In this document: positions 1-11,897 of the stretch, piece after piece | Numbering within the stretch: the first letter of the stretch is position 1 | How the letters are laid out: each line of letters opens with the position of its first letter | Source: Craspedostauros australis | Lineage: Eukaryota | NCBI GenBank assembly: GCA_030167865.1 | Contig: JALAGF010003586.1 | Coordinates: 124,001-176,441, forward strand | Direction: 5' to 3' | Length of the DNA stretch: 52,441 nt | Notes under the pieces: generated by a model | Seen by the model: the letters and a program-made list of their open reading frames with translations, nothing else | Told to the model about the DNA's origin: nothing | Database searches by the model: none | Made by a program: the position numbers and the translations under genes

Positions 1-2018
1 CAGAGTGTGCAGAATCGATTTGTGCCCCCGACAGACTGGTATTGGATTTGTGGTCGGCACTGTCTTCGTCGATGTTGTCGTGATGGTGTGAGTTGTTCTC
101 TCTCTCTCTCTCTCTCTTGGCTCAGGCACAAGTATTGTTACGAGTACATAGATTCGAGATCGCTTAGTATCTGCACTGTGCATGCCGCTTGCGAGCCCAG
201 GATGATTGGATCAGTGTGCGTACGAGATAGAACGGGCATACGGCATCTGTTCTTTGAGTTGTCAGTCCATTCCATGCACCGTGTTGGACAACAATAGACA
301 GCTCTTTGCTTCCTTCCTTCGTTCCTTCCTCCAACTCCTCACCTCGACTCGCCTCACAGTCGTAGTCGTAGTTGTTGGTTCCGTTTCCACAGGTGCGTTG
401 CTGTCCATTTTGCTGCGCGCAATCCTTTCCCTCCCTCGGGGATGAAGTTGTGGCGGCCTTTATCTTTTGTGGGGGAGCATCACACGACCATCAAGAACCA
501 TCCACCACCGCCTCCATCTGGGAGGATCGCAGCCTGCGATGCGGAGGCAAGGTTAATTTTTGGTCGGTGTGACAAAATCCGTGTTTGTCAATGTTGCTTC
601 TTCGTTGCGAACCCAGGCCAAAACCTCGGTGGAAATTGTTTGTGTGTTTTGGTTGTCATCGTGGCGGGAGGTGTCTGCAAGATATACCGTCTTTTAACGT
701 TCAATCAGAACCCTTCCATCCACTTTAGACTGACTCGAATGAACAGGAGTCATCGATCCCAACAAACTACCAACGCGAGGACAGATGACCATGCGACATG
801 GGAGGATTCGCAACGAGGGCACAGCGTGACACACGTGTGACTATCACAAACAACAGGGAACAGAAACTGACAGCAAGACGGAAAACAACAGCGCCAAGAA
901 AGAAGCGAGAGGCGCGTGTCCAAGACCTCGCACACATCTGGGAATTTCCAAGCACAAATCCGCTCCGCCGTGCGCAAACGCACACAACAAACGAGACAGA
1001 AGCACGGGCAACGCAACACGACCTGTTACACTTGCCCCTCGCACAAGAAACGGCCGCGACATCTCCGGAGAACAAAGCAGAAAGGACCTTCTGGACGATC
1101 CGATCGATCTCTCTGCGCGAAAGTGACTGGTGCTGAGCCTCCTCCCGTGTCTCTCGTTTGCGTTTGTTACGTGCAGCAGTCCTTCGTGGTCGCGAACATC
1201 GTCTCCGTCGTCGAACCCGTACGCGACCTGTCGAACCCTTCCCCGTTACCAACACCACCGCCATCGTCACATTCTTCACATCGCCCGATGCAACCGAGAA
1301 AGCGTGGTGAGGAGAGAACTTGCCGTGCGGACCACCATCAAGATCAGAAGCAACACCTTGGGCAGATAGAGGGATAGAGAGACAGAGAGAGTGGCTGAAG
1401 GTGAAGCTGTAACCGCGTCAGGCGCATTCCATCATTCGCGGGCGAAGGAGAAAAGCGACCCCGACAGGAAGAATCACATCACGTGACAGTGCGACATCAC
1501 ATCGAGAGCTGCTTGAGCAGAGACGCGTTTCTTGCATCTTCCTGACTGCTGTGTCAGCCCGCATCCAACACAAGATCTTCCACAAAGGCCCGAGAATCGG
1601 AGTGCCGGCCACTGCCACACGCACTCGTACCTCGCATCTCCTGACATCCTCTGGAGCCCACTGATACATCCTCGTACAGTGGAATTGAAGCTAGAGAGAC
1701 TCGCAGCTGGATCGTTCGTCTCGACAGTCAGCCAAACGCGGAGCACCAGGATCAGGTCAAACGCACCCACACACGCACATACCATACCATACATGCATAC
1801 AAGTGTAGGCACGGGTGTGAACGAAAGAGCATTCCTCTCATCTCCACCGCATAGGACTTTTATAGCGTCAGTGGGAGTAGTGAAGGTCGCAGCAGAATTG
1901 GCTTTGACAAAGAGGAGGAAGCCAAATATAATACGAGCTAAGAACAGCAACAAAGCAGCACCGCAAAGCAGCACAACAAAGCAACAACAGCAGGGACAAA
2001 AAGAAACAAGGAACCATC

Positions 2019-2875
2019 ATGGACGACGAGCTGGAAAAGATAGCCTCCTCCTCCAAGGCAGCAGCTACGGCTGTGGGATCCAACGGCTCTGGTGCAAAAC
2101 GTGGCGACACTGATGCTGCCACTTCGGACAAGCCAGAATCGTCTCCTGCCGGGGATGCAGCATCGACGTCGGAATCAACAGCAGCACCTGACAACGTGGG
2201 ATCGTCGGGGGATGCCGGTGTTGCTGCCATCCCCCGTCCTTCATCCACGACGCCCTCCGTCGGTTCCGCCAGCGGAGGCGCTTCGACCGGGAGCGCACCT
2301 CCTGCCCGCAAACGACGCACCTGGAAGAAGCCCAAGGACAAGCCCAAACGTCCGCTCTCGGCCTACAACATCTTCTTCAAGCATGAGCGACAGCGCATCG
2401 TCGATGGCAAGGACGACCACGCCTCGCCCCAGGAGATCATCCAGTCGATCGAGATCATCCTCGCCACATCGCGCGAGACCAGGCGCCATCGCAAAACGCA
2501 CGGCCGCATCAGCTTCAGCGATTTGGCGCGCAAAATTGCGGAGAAATGGAAGTCCATACCACCGCAGCAGAAGGCCGTCTTTGATCATTACGCAGAGCTG
2601 GACATGAAGCGCTACCGCAAGGACGTCAAGATATGGAAGGACAAGAAGGAGAGCGAGGCTTTTGCAGCCGCCAACGGAGGCAGCGCCTTGGTGGCCTCGA
2701 ACCTCAACAACTCCATGTCCAGCCTCGACAACAGCGTCGATTCCGAGGTCAGCTACGATGCCTTCCAGCAATCCTCGTCCGGCCACTACCAGCAGCAACA
2801 AACGCAGGCCTTCCTGCAGCAGCAGATGGGCGGCGGGATGCTCAATCCCATGTTTTCCAGCTCCCACCATTCACA

Positions 2876-2906
<31 letters not shown>

Positions 2907-3602
2907 CAAATGGATATGAATGGCATGTGGGCGCCGCGCAAGAGCTTTTACGACTCCATGAACTCCTCCTTCTCCAGCGTCGGCTCCAATGATTCCGAAC
3001 TCAGCATCGAACCGATGGGACTCGGAGGAAGCAATCACGTCATGTCCATGCATCACCAGCAGCAGCAGCAACAACAACAACAACAGCCGCAGATGCAGAC
3101 CAGCAATTCTAATCTCATGGGCAACATGCAGATACAGTTCTCAACGCAACAACAACAACAACAACAGCACTTTGGCAAACAACCATTGACGAACAACAGC
3201 GAGCATTCCTTGAATTGCTACGACCTGCAAGGCCAGTCGCAGCATCGCAATGGCAATCAAGGCCACAACAATCACAACAGCATGAATAATTCTGGAATTG
3301 CCGACCCGACCGCGACCATGCCCGGCCTCATGTCGAGCATACAGCAACTGCAACAGCAGCAGCAACACCTGCGACAGCAACAGCAACAGTTACGAATGCT
3401 GCAGCTGCAACAGCAGCAGGTCGATCTGCAGTTGCAGCAGCAGCAATTGGAACAACAGCTCCAGCAACATCAGCAACCAATTCAGCCGCAACAACAGCAG
3501 CAGCTCGATTTGGACCCGGTACCATTTGATCAGGTCTTCCAGAACAGCGCCAGCAACGATTTGGGGGATTTCTTATCCAATTTAGATTTGAGGGGGAAAT
3601 AA
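2019..3602 (+). CDS. HMG-box DNA-binding protein with long poly-Q/low-complexity C-terminus (527 aa)
   Basis: Single-exon ORF. KPKRPLSAYNIFFKHERQRI ... RRHRKTHGRISFSDLARKIAEKWKSI ... DMKRYRKDVKIW matches HMG-box helices 1-3, with an insertion between helices 1 and 2. Several CAG/CAA tracts follow. Confidence 0.9.
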
Positions 3603-4104
3603 TGAGGATAATCCACTCGTACCAACATCACACTCTGTGGGATAAACATTAGTAGGGCGATTACAGCACTTAGAAAGATGGAGTACAAGTAAGGATAGAG
3701 TGCTTGCAGTAGAGTACTCGTGCATACATACGAATGACAGAGCAGAGTAGTATGGTCAGAGTTACAGTTATGTCAATTGCAACATGCCTGATAGGTGCAG
3801 AACTACACGAGCAGCCGCGAAGCAAGATCGATCGACCTGGCGTGAACGCGTGGACGCGTGAACGCATAAACACATGGAGCACGGCACGTACGCCTCAACT
3901 CTTATTGCACGCATACGAGGATTTAATGTACCCGTATTTGACGAGTTAGGTTCCTTCCAATTGTTTGCAATTCACGTTAATTGCAGAGTATGACGTGGTA
4001 TGATATACTATGATTTGATCTGCCAACTGATCTTCTTTCCATCCGGATGCCTTGCCTTTCCATTCCATTCCGCGCGCTGCGCATGCATGCGCCCAATCCT
4101 GCCC

Positions 4105-5760
4105 TTACTTCTTCCTGCTCTCCAAGTATCCTTCCAACTTCCCGCACGCCGCCAGCACCAACCCATGAAAGGGCGGACTCGGCGCCAACGGACGCGACTT
4201 GAATTCGGGATGGTACTGCACCCCCACGTAGTACGGATGGCCCGGCAGTTCCGCCACCTCCATGCGCTCTCCCGTCTCGTCGCGGCCCACCAGCTTGAGA
4301 CCGCCGTTATGGATCGCGTCGACGAATTTTGGATTGACCTCGTACCGATGCCGATGTCGTTCCTGGATGGATTCGTGGTTGCCGTACAGTTGTCGCAGGG
4401 TGGTGCTCGTGGCGTCGGGCATGAATTTGGTGACACGGGATCCCAAACGCATGTTGCCGCCCATGGTGGCTTTGTCGATCTCCGGCATGAAGAAGACGAC
4501 GGGGTGTTCCGTGTCTTCGTCGAATTCGGTGGAGTTGGCCGTCGGCATGTTGAGGACGTTGCGGCAGTACTCGACGATCATGGCCTGGAAGCCGAGACAG
4601 ACGCCGAGGTAGGGTTTGTTGTTCTCGCGGCAGTGCTGCGCGGCGAGGGTCTTGCCGAGGAAGCCGCGGTTGCCGAAGCCACCTGGCACGATGACGCCCT
4701 GCGCCTGGCGCAGCTTGTTCCAGGCCTCTTCCTTCTTCTCCTCGATCTCCGTGGCCTCGACCCACTGCAGGTCGAGCCTGTGCTGGCAGGCGATGGCGGC
4801 GTGGCGCAGGGCCTTGATGACGGAGAGGTAGGAATCGGTGAGGCCGGTGTACTTGCCGATGAGGCAGATCTGGACGACGTCCTTCCAGCCGGCCATCTCG
4901 TTGGCCATGTCCTCCCAGGCCCCCAGGTCGGGTGAGGACATCTCGTCGTCGAACTTGAGCTGGCTCTTGAGGAGGCCGTGCAGGTTCTGGTCTTGCAGCA
5001 GCAGGGGGACCTGGTAGACGTTCTTGACGTCGTGGACGCTGAGGACGTTGGATTGGGCGACGTGGCAGAAGTTGGATATCTTGGCGCGCGTCGCATCCTC
5101 GAGCTGCTGCATGGACCGGCAGAAGATGATGGAGGGCGAGAGGCCGGCGGAGCGCAGGTCCTTGACGCCGTGCTGCGTGGGCTTGGTCTTTTGCTCCTCC
5201 GAGATGATGGGCACGAGGCTGACGAAGCAGAGCGTGAAGTTGTCCGTGCCGACGCGGAATTGGAACTGTCGCAGGGCCTCGAGGAAGACGCTGGATTCGA
5301 TGTCGCCGACGGTGCCGCCCACCTCGATGAGGCAGACGTCGGCGATCTCGCCGCTGTTGTCGGTGGGGATGCAGGCGACGCGTTCGATCCAATCCTGGAT
5401 CTCGTTGGTGATGTGCGGCACGACCTGCACCGTCTTGCCGAGGTAGTCGCCGCGGCGTTCCTTGAGGATGACGTGCCTGTACATCTTGCCGGTGGTGATG
5501 TTGTGGTCCTTGGTGAGGGTGAGGTTGAGGAAGCGCTCGTAGTTGCCGAGGTCTAGGTCGGTCTCGCCGCCATCATCCAGCACGAAGACCTCGCCGTGCT
5601 CGAAGGGGCTCATGGTGCCGGCATCCACGTTGAGGTAGGGATCGATCTTGATGGCCGTCACGCGGAGGCCCGCGGCCTGCAGCAGGCGTCCCATGCTGGA
5701 GATGGTGACTCCCTTCCCCAGCCCGCTCACGACCCCTCCCGTCACCACAATGTACTTCAT
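4105..5760 (-). CDS. CTPS: CTP synthase (551 aa)
   Basis: N-terminal [55 protein letters not shown] and KTKPTQH. Glutaminase domain PGGFG, GVCLG (catalytic Cys), [10 protein letters not shown] and QYHPEF. Intronless. Confidence 0.98.
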   Translation of the reverse strand: MKYIVVTGGVVSGLGKGVTISSMGRLLQAAGLRVTAIKIDPYLNVDAGTMSPFEHGEVFVLDDGGETDLDLGNYERFLNLTLTKDHNITTGKMYRHVILKERRGDYLGKTVQVVPHITNEIQDWIERVACIPTDNSGEIADVCLIEVGGTVGDIESSVFLEALRQFQFRVGTDNFTLCFVSLVPIISEEQKTKPTQHGVKDLRSAGLSPSIIFCRSMQQLEDATRAKISNFCHVAQSNVLSVHDVKNVYQVPLLLQDQNLHGLLKSQLKFDDEMSSPDLGAWEDMANEMAGWKDVVQICLIGKYTGLTDSYLSVIKALRHAAIACQHRLDLQWVEATEIEEKKEEAWNKLRQAQGVIVPGGFGNRGFLGKTLAAQHCRENNKPYLGVCLGFQAMIVEYCRNVLNMPTANSTEFDEDTEHPVVFFMPEIDKATMGGNMRLGSRVTKFMPDATSTTLRQLYGNHESIQERHRHRYEVNPKFVDAIHNGGLKLVGRDETGERMEVAELPGHPYYVGVQYHPEFKSRPLAPSPPFHGLVLAACGKLEGYLESRKK

Positions 5761-5794
5761 GATTGTTTTCGCTGTTGTTGTGGCTACCGCTGTT

Positions 5795-5842
5795 GCTATT
5801 GCTATTGCTATTGCTATTGTTGTTGCTACCGCTATTGCTATT
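5795..5842. repeat. (GCTATT)n hexanucleotide microsatellite just upstream of CTP synthase
   Basis: gctattgctattgctattgctattg with a further degenerate copy, seen directly. Confidence 0.7.
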
Positions 5843-6249
5843 GGTCTGGACGTGTCCGGTGATTCTTTTCTGCTTCGATGATAGGATCAAGTATCGAATC
5901 TCCGTTGCTGCTGAAACAGAGATAGATATAGAGAAGGGGACGACTCTGGAGGTATCCCAGATCTTGACGCAAGACGATGCTGCTCAACTTTGCGCAAGGA
6001 CGAGATGGAAGCAAAGGGAGAATCGAGCGGACGGCGGTGAACCGGTGGTGGAAGAGGATGGACGATAATGTGAACAGCTGAAGCCGATGCAGCACTCGTT
6101 GGGACGTCAAACGTGGGTTGTGTCGAGGGTCGCTGATGGGTCACCAATGCACACATCCGTCAGGCCATGGATCCTCTTGGTCTCGCATCATTTCTTCCGA
6201 AATTGGTGCTGGCGTGATGATGGATTGGTTGATGGCGGCACCAGTTCCG

Positions 6250-6261
6250 TTTCGCGCCAAA
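6250..6261. promoter_or_regulatory. Putative double (overlapping, inverted) E2F site TTTCGCGCCAAA upstream of CTP synthase
   Basis: Exact 12-mer reading TTTCGCGC on + and TTTGGCGC on -, about 490 bp upstream of the CTPS ATG. Function is inferred. Confidence 0.4.
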
Positions 6262-7650
6262 TCGGGTATCCAGGAGAGGCGTGCAGACGGTTGTTTACTA
6301 TATTATGATAGAGGTATGTAAATGTGATGCAATATGAAGATACTACTATTCATGTACTAAAGAGAACGCGGAGAAACAACATGAGACAGTGAAAACAGTT
6401 CGTTGGGGTATTTAACGCAAAGGAGAAAGTAGTGTTTCGAACGACACCGATCACTAATTGCGATGGACGTGCGTAGTTTAATCGTAAAGTTGTCATGGTG
6501 TGGCGTTGGCGCACGCAGAGATGCTGGCATGAACTGGCAGCTGCAGAATTTGGGGAACAGGAATGCGACAGAAGGGGGACAACGAGGCGCGTTCCCGCTC
6601 ATAGGCCATGGTCAGGACCACGCGAAAGGGCAAGTGTACAGTACTGCCACGTAGCTCAGCTCGCCACAACACAGCGCGACCTCCAATAATTTCGGACACG
6701 ACAGAACACGCAGACGAACAAACGAACGAAAGAAAGAAGAGCGAGATTTCGCGGAGCGTGGCACACATCGCGGAAGAGGAACACAACCGATGAACACGAG
6801 AGACAGAGAAAGAGAGCAACACCAAAACAGCACAGAATCAGAACATCGACACGATCACCGCATTGGGGACAAGAGTGAGAGCGAGAGTGAGGAGGGTAGT
6901 ACAAGAGACCACTCGACTTGCGCAATCACAGATACATCCATTGCCATTGCAAAGGCTTGTCCAGAGGCTTGGAAGAAGAGGTAACACTCACGCTCATCCA
7001 CACGCTCATACTCACAGTCAACGACCAAGAAGGATACGAACAGGCTGAAACGGCGGTGCCAATCAATCCCCAGAGACGCAAAGAAAGCAGGACCAAGCAG
7101 ACGGTTGGCACCTTTCGGCTGTGTCATCTTCCATCAGCTCGCTCATCCGCCATTGCACTGGATTGAATTGGATTGGATTGAATTGCATTGCGAGCACAAG
7201 TAAAACACAAACACAAGCACCAGTCTTATACCAAGCAGGAGAGAGTGGACGGGTTGCACAAATCCACAAGAGCCCAATCAAAGGAAAGAACAGATCGACA
7301 CACACCGAAGTACCCACTAGAGTACACACCGAAGTACCCTGAACAAGTGTTGGGACGGAAGCACTCTTCGATTCTACTCTGCTGTGTTCCGGGGCGTACT
7401 CTGCTCTGCGACCTACTCCTGTTCCCACCCTGGACTATTGTCGCCAAAACATAACCACGACCACGAAAAACCATTCATTCATCCCATCAACGATACCGGA
7501 ATCGCCGGCATCACGATCACGGCCAGTCACAGCCTGTCACATCCCGAATCTCATCTCATCACAACATCATCCTCAACAACAACAACGACAGAATACAGTA
7601 AGGCTTGAGCAGTTGACCACAGAATACGACTACAATACTCTACTCAACCC

Positions 7651-9414
7651 ATGAACAACATGGCCGACACCCAGCTGGCAATGAATGAAGCAGCAGCCAG
7701 CAACGGAAATGACGACCCTCTCATGAACTTCAACTCTGGCATTGAGGCACCCATGGATGGTCTGGGCGCTGACGAGTTGCTGGATTTGGACTTCGAGAAG
7801 GAGGAGGCTGATGCCCTGGATCTGTCAGACCGCGCGCTGCAGCTCCTCATGCACGGCAACGGCGATGATGCCAATCTCAACGGTGACATGCTCAGGACCG
7901 ACGTGGATCAGGTCAAGCCCAACGATGATGGCATGGGCAACAACAACGCCAACAACAACAACGATATCGACAACGGCAACTCGATCAGCGATATCTTCGC
8001 TCAGCAACCGTCCATGTCGGGTCCCTCCATCGTCAGCCCTAACTCATCGCAATCACATCTCCGATCGGATCTGCGTGCATCCATCCAGATCAATAATCTC
8101 GAGCCTGTTCGTGAAGGCAGCATGGAGATGTCGTCCTTGCTCGCCTCGCTTGACAAGAGCTCCGTCTTCCCCATGGATGACATGCAAGTCCCTCTCAACG
8201 ATGGCAACCACAATGTCAACAACGATAACAACAACAACCTGCAGGCGCAGCGACAGCAGCAGCAGACGTTGCAACCCATGGACGAAAACACCGGGATGGA
8301 CTTTGGTGCCAATGCTCACATGATGAATAATCAACAGCAGCAAATGCAACAACAACAACAACAGCAAATGCAACAACAAGAGCAGCAGCAAATGCAACAG
8401 ATGCAATCATTGGAACATGAGAAGGAAAAGCTGCGCTTGCAATTGGAACAGCTCAAGCTGCAGCAGCAGGAGGAACAGCAGCGCATCCAGCTGCAAAACA
8501 AGCTCGATCAGCTCAAGATGCAGCTGGCTCAGCAGGAGCAACAGATGCAGATGCAACTACAAATGCAGCAACAGCATCAACAGCATCAACAGCAACAGCA
8601 ACAACAGATGCAAATGCAGCAACAACACCAACTACAACAAAGGCAGCACATCCTGGAGACATCCCCCGTCAATGTGCAACGCAAGGCCCCGCAACGCCAA
8701 ATATCGCCCGTTCCGGCGTCCAAGGGTGGAGAATCTGCGCTGGCCAGTTTCTTGCGCAGCAGCCGCAAATCCATGCAGGACACTCCTTCTGCATCCGCAC
8801 CTTCTGCCGCCTCCATGCAGCAACAGCCGCATTCCCCTGTCCCATCCGGGACGGCCAGTATTTTCGGCACCAACGGCATCAGCGCCATCGACATGTACAA
8901 GCAAAAGCTCACCAAATCCATGAGCCGATCCAACCAATCGCGCGACATGCTGCAGCAACGTCTCTCCGGCGACAACCTCCAACGCGTCTTCTCCGCCAAC
9001 GCATCGTCCAACCACCAAATCGGCGGATACAACAACAGCGGACGCAACGCGGAATGGAGCGCCGCCGGTTCCTCGTCCGCGGCAGCACGCGCCGGCGCCT
9101 CCTCCCTCTTCCCACGTTCGTCGACGTCGCGATCGAGCATGCGCAAAACCACATCCGAGAGCGTCCTGGCGGGACGTCGCATGCTGGGCCTGTCCTCCAA
9201 CAACAAGTCGTATTCCAAACGCAGCTCGCGGGAAGAGCCCACGCTGCGAACCTCCAACGGCTCCTTGCGCGATCTGCTGCTGACCAAGAAGAAGCACAAT
9301 TCCAAGCATCGTCTCAAGACCATGTCCGTGCCGACGATACAGCGATTATCGTCGTCGTCCAAGTTGCATCAGTTCGGCAATGGCGGCGGTGGTCAAAAGA
9401 ATGCCCTGTGGTGA
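7651..9414 (+). CDS. Hypothetical intrinsically disordered Q/N/S-rich protein with central coiled coil (587 aa)
   Basis: Long ATG-initiated ORF with coding-like codon usage. Acidic N-terminus, poly-Q/M coiled coil (EHEKEKLRLQLEQLKLQQQ), basic Ser-rich C-terminus. No domain recognised. Confidence 0.75.
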   Translation: MNNMADTQLAMNEAAASNGNDDPLMNFNSGIEAPMDGLGADELLDLDFEKEEADALDLSDRALQLLMHGNGDDANLNGDMLRTDVDQVKPNDDGMGNNNANNNNDIDNGNSISDIFAQQPSMSGPSIVSPNSSQSHLRSDLRASIQINNLEPVREGSMEMSSLLASLDKSSVFPMDDMQVPLNDGNHNVNNDNNNNLQAQRQQQQTLQPMDENTGMDFGANAHMMNNQQQQMQQQQQQQMQQQEQQQMQQMQSLEHEKEKLRLQLEQLKLQQQEEQQRIQLQNKLDQLKMQLAQQEQQMQMQLQMQQQHQQHQQQQQQQMQMQQQHQLQQRQHILETSPVNVQRKAPQRQISPVPASKGGESALASFLRSSRKSMQDTPSASAPSAASMQQQPHSPVPSGTASIFGTNGISAIDMYKQKLTKSMSRSNQSRDMLQQRLSGDNLQRVFSANASSNHQIGGYNNSGRNAEWSAAGSSSAAARAGASSLFPRSSTSRSSMRKTTSESVLAGRRMLGLSSNNKSYSKRSSREEPTLRTSNGSLRDLLLTKKKHNSKHRLKTMSVPTIQRLSSSSKLHQFGNGGGGQKNALW

Positions 9415-9848
9415 AGCAGTCGAAGGGAGAGGGAGGGGACAGCATTGGAAACGGAGCACCGAGTGACAGACCAGTAGAGTCGTCGAGCCGGACTACTCTG
9501 CTCTGCTCTTGTCTTGTTTTGTCTACTCTATGTGCAATCGTACGCACGTACACATACGGTATGCTCCGAAACACAACTCGATACATGGTTCAAGGGAGTA
9601 CTAAAGTTAAATAGTGCCACTGATACATACGTGTTGTATTATTTCAACTTGTTATTCCAAGGTGGAGCAAATGGTGAATGGTACGCACTGTCATCTTGTT
9701 GCCACACGATCATTTTACTTGGCTGCAATACTATTCGGAAATCTACGCCTGTTTCGACATGTTTGTGCTCGTAGAATAGAATAATATCATTCTATCGGGA
9801 GTACTCTACTCTACTCTACGAACAAGCATTACGGCACGGCACGGCAAA

Positions 9849-11138
9849 TCATATCAACTCCACCTTGGACTTGGTGAGCATCTGATTGCGCCATTTGAGG
9901 AAGGATGCCGTCTCGGAATTGGAGTTGGTGGATATCGTGATCTCGCTGTCGACCGGTTGCTGCCAGATGTACTCCTGCAGTTCCTCGGCCGTGCCGGTCC
10001 ACTCCATGTCGTTGACGTGTGTAACGATGTCGTGCTTGCGCAGTCCCAGACGACCGCAGGGGCCGCGCACGCCGAGGATGGAGACGCAGGCACGCGGTTC
10101 CTTGGGCAGGTCGTAGTCCTCGTAGATCTTGTTCCACACGCGCTTCATCTTGACGGGCGGGGTCATGGCGCCGTCCCACATGATGTTCTGGAAGGTGATG
10201 AAACGTCGGTTGCGCGGGAAGCATTGCACGATGAAGTAGCCCGGCATGTGATTGGGCAGCGGGAACAGCTTTTTGGTGCGCTCCTTGGACTCAAGGAGCC
10301 TCTGCTGCTGTTGCATCGTGAGCTTCTTCGTCGTCGTGCTCCTGGCCGGTCGTCCTGGCGCCGATGCGGATGTGAAGGGCATCTTGAGAATGCCGTTGAG
10401 GATGAGTGCCGCCTGGTTGAGCTTGTGCGTGTCGCCGGACGTAAGGAGCTGCGTGACAAAGACCTGCTCGTCCTGCCCCATGCAATCCTCCAGGCCCATG
10501 AAGAGCGTGAGATCAATGTTGTTGTTCTTGTTGTTGCTGCTGTTGTTATTCCTCTTGTTGCCTCCTTTCGTCTTGGCACTTCCCGCGTTTGCCTCGCCAT
10601 CACCCGGCCGACCATCAACACCGCCACCATCATCATCATTCTCATCCCAAGCCAACCCGCCGAAGAGCTTCGTCCAATCGATCTTGGCCTGTTCCAGCGC
10701 CCGCAGCTGATCATCCGTGAGCTTGGACAGATCCGAGACCTTGCAGAAGGTCGTGTGCGCGCAGAGCAGATCCTTCCTGCGCTGGACATCCGTCCCGAAA
10801 TCGCGCTTGGCGGCCAGCTGCGATGCGGACAGCTCGGAATCCTGGAGGATGGTGGCGCTGTCCTTGTCGGTGACGGAGGCGGCCAACTTGGAGGCCTTGC
10901 GCAGCAGGAGGAGGTCCGAAATGTCCATGCCGTACTTGCTGCGGCACTGGGGGCAGGCGATGTGCACCTTGACCTGGTTGGATCCGTCGCTGGCCTCCTG
11001 GTAATCATCCTTCGAGGAGCGCAGGAACTCGTCGACGCAGTTCGTGCAGAAGTTGTAGTCACATTTGTCGCATGGCAGTCGGTACACCTCCTCCGCGGTC
11101 TCCAGTTCCTCCATGCAGATGGGGCAGTCGGACGGCAT
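9849..11138 (-). CDS. RING-type zinc-finger protein with C-terminal PDZ-like segment
   Basis: Likely ATG at 11138 (MPSDCPICMEE). Cys pattern CPIC...CDKCDYNFCTNC...CPQC. The C-terminal GVRGPCGRLGLRKHDIVTHVND resembles the PDZ GLxxGDxIxxVN motif. Confidence 0.75.
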   Translation of the reverse strand: MPSDCPICMEELETAEEVYRLPCDKCDYNFCTNCVDEFLRSSKDDYQEASDGSNQVKVHIACPQCRSKYGMDISDLLLLRKASKLAASVTDKDSATILQDSELSASQLAAKRDFGTDVQRRKDLLCAHTTFCKVSDLSKLTDDQLRALEQAKIDWTKLFGGLAWDENDDDGGGVDGRPGDGEANAGSAKTKGGNKRNNNSSNNKNNNIDLTLFMGLEDCMGQDEQVFVTQLLTSGDTHKLNQAALILNGILKMPFTSASAPGRPARSTTTKKLTMQQQQRLLESKERTKKLFPLPNHMPGYFIVQCFPRNRRFITFQNIMWDGAMTPPVKMKRVWNKIYEDYDLPKEPRACVSILGVRGPCGRLGLRKHDIVTHVNDMEWTGTAEELQEYIWQQPVDSEITISTNSNSETASFLKWRNQMLTKSKVELI

Positions 11139-11897
11139 CTTGTATCTTCGCTGCTTCTGCGATGCCCGCAATAGGTATGTATGGGATTGCTGCTGCTGCT
11201 TCAGGCTCTCTTCACGTTTCTTTGGGGGGAGACTTGGCACGATCCTGCCAAGGGAAACAGGGTCGACATCATCATCATCATCTTCGGCATTGCCATGGAC
11301 ATCGCCATCGCCGTCTCTTCACAGCGTGCACCGTGTCATTTTTCTCTTTTCTTCGCTTGTTGTTGGAGGCGATTCTTGATTCGATCGCTTGTTTCTGCTC
11401 AATCCTGCCACGACTGAACAGTTTTGAATGCGAGAAGCGAACATAGCAAGATCGAGTTGGTCAACGTATCTGATCTTTGACCAACTCGATTAGTGCTTGG
11501 CAATTGCTGACGTTTTTGGAATGACATGGATTCGCGAGAAATGTGGAACACAACAACGCGAATCGAGTGACGGCGATGATGACGATGATGTGCCAAGAAT
11601 GAGGCACCAAGTCATCACTTGCAACCGTGTTGAGGAGGTGTGGTCGGCCATGGCGCGTGGATTTGTGAGTATCTTCGCCGCCAGCGCCACCTCCGACAAC
11701 TCACCAACGCGTCACAAACTCTGAGCAATACATTTGCAAAGTATTGTACTGTCACACGATAAGAACTAACGTTGCATCGCGCGAGTATTTTGCAACCCTC
11801 ATCTTGCGACAACGATCATCGCATAATTCGATCCCAGACTATTTCGCTCCATTCCTTCGGTTCATCACCTTGACTCGACTCGATCCAACTCGACATC

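Noticed and set aside
1..2018. Many overlapping 60-190 aa ORFs upstream of the HMG gene
   Set aside because: No domain-like sequence. Composition is microsatellite- and UTR-like, and many starts are non-ATG.
4000..5556. Long + strand ORFs (311 aa, 192 aa) opposite CTP synthase
   Set aside because: Antisense shadow frames produced by strong GC3 codon bias.
7300..7339. Direct repeat acacaccgaagtaccc x2
   Set aside because: Only two copies with an 8-nt spacer. A local duplication, not a CRISPR array.
9957..11174. 405-aa + strand ORF
   Set aside because: Antisense shadow of the RING/PDZ-like gene.
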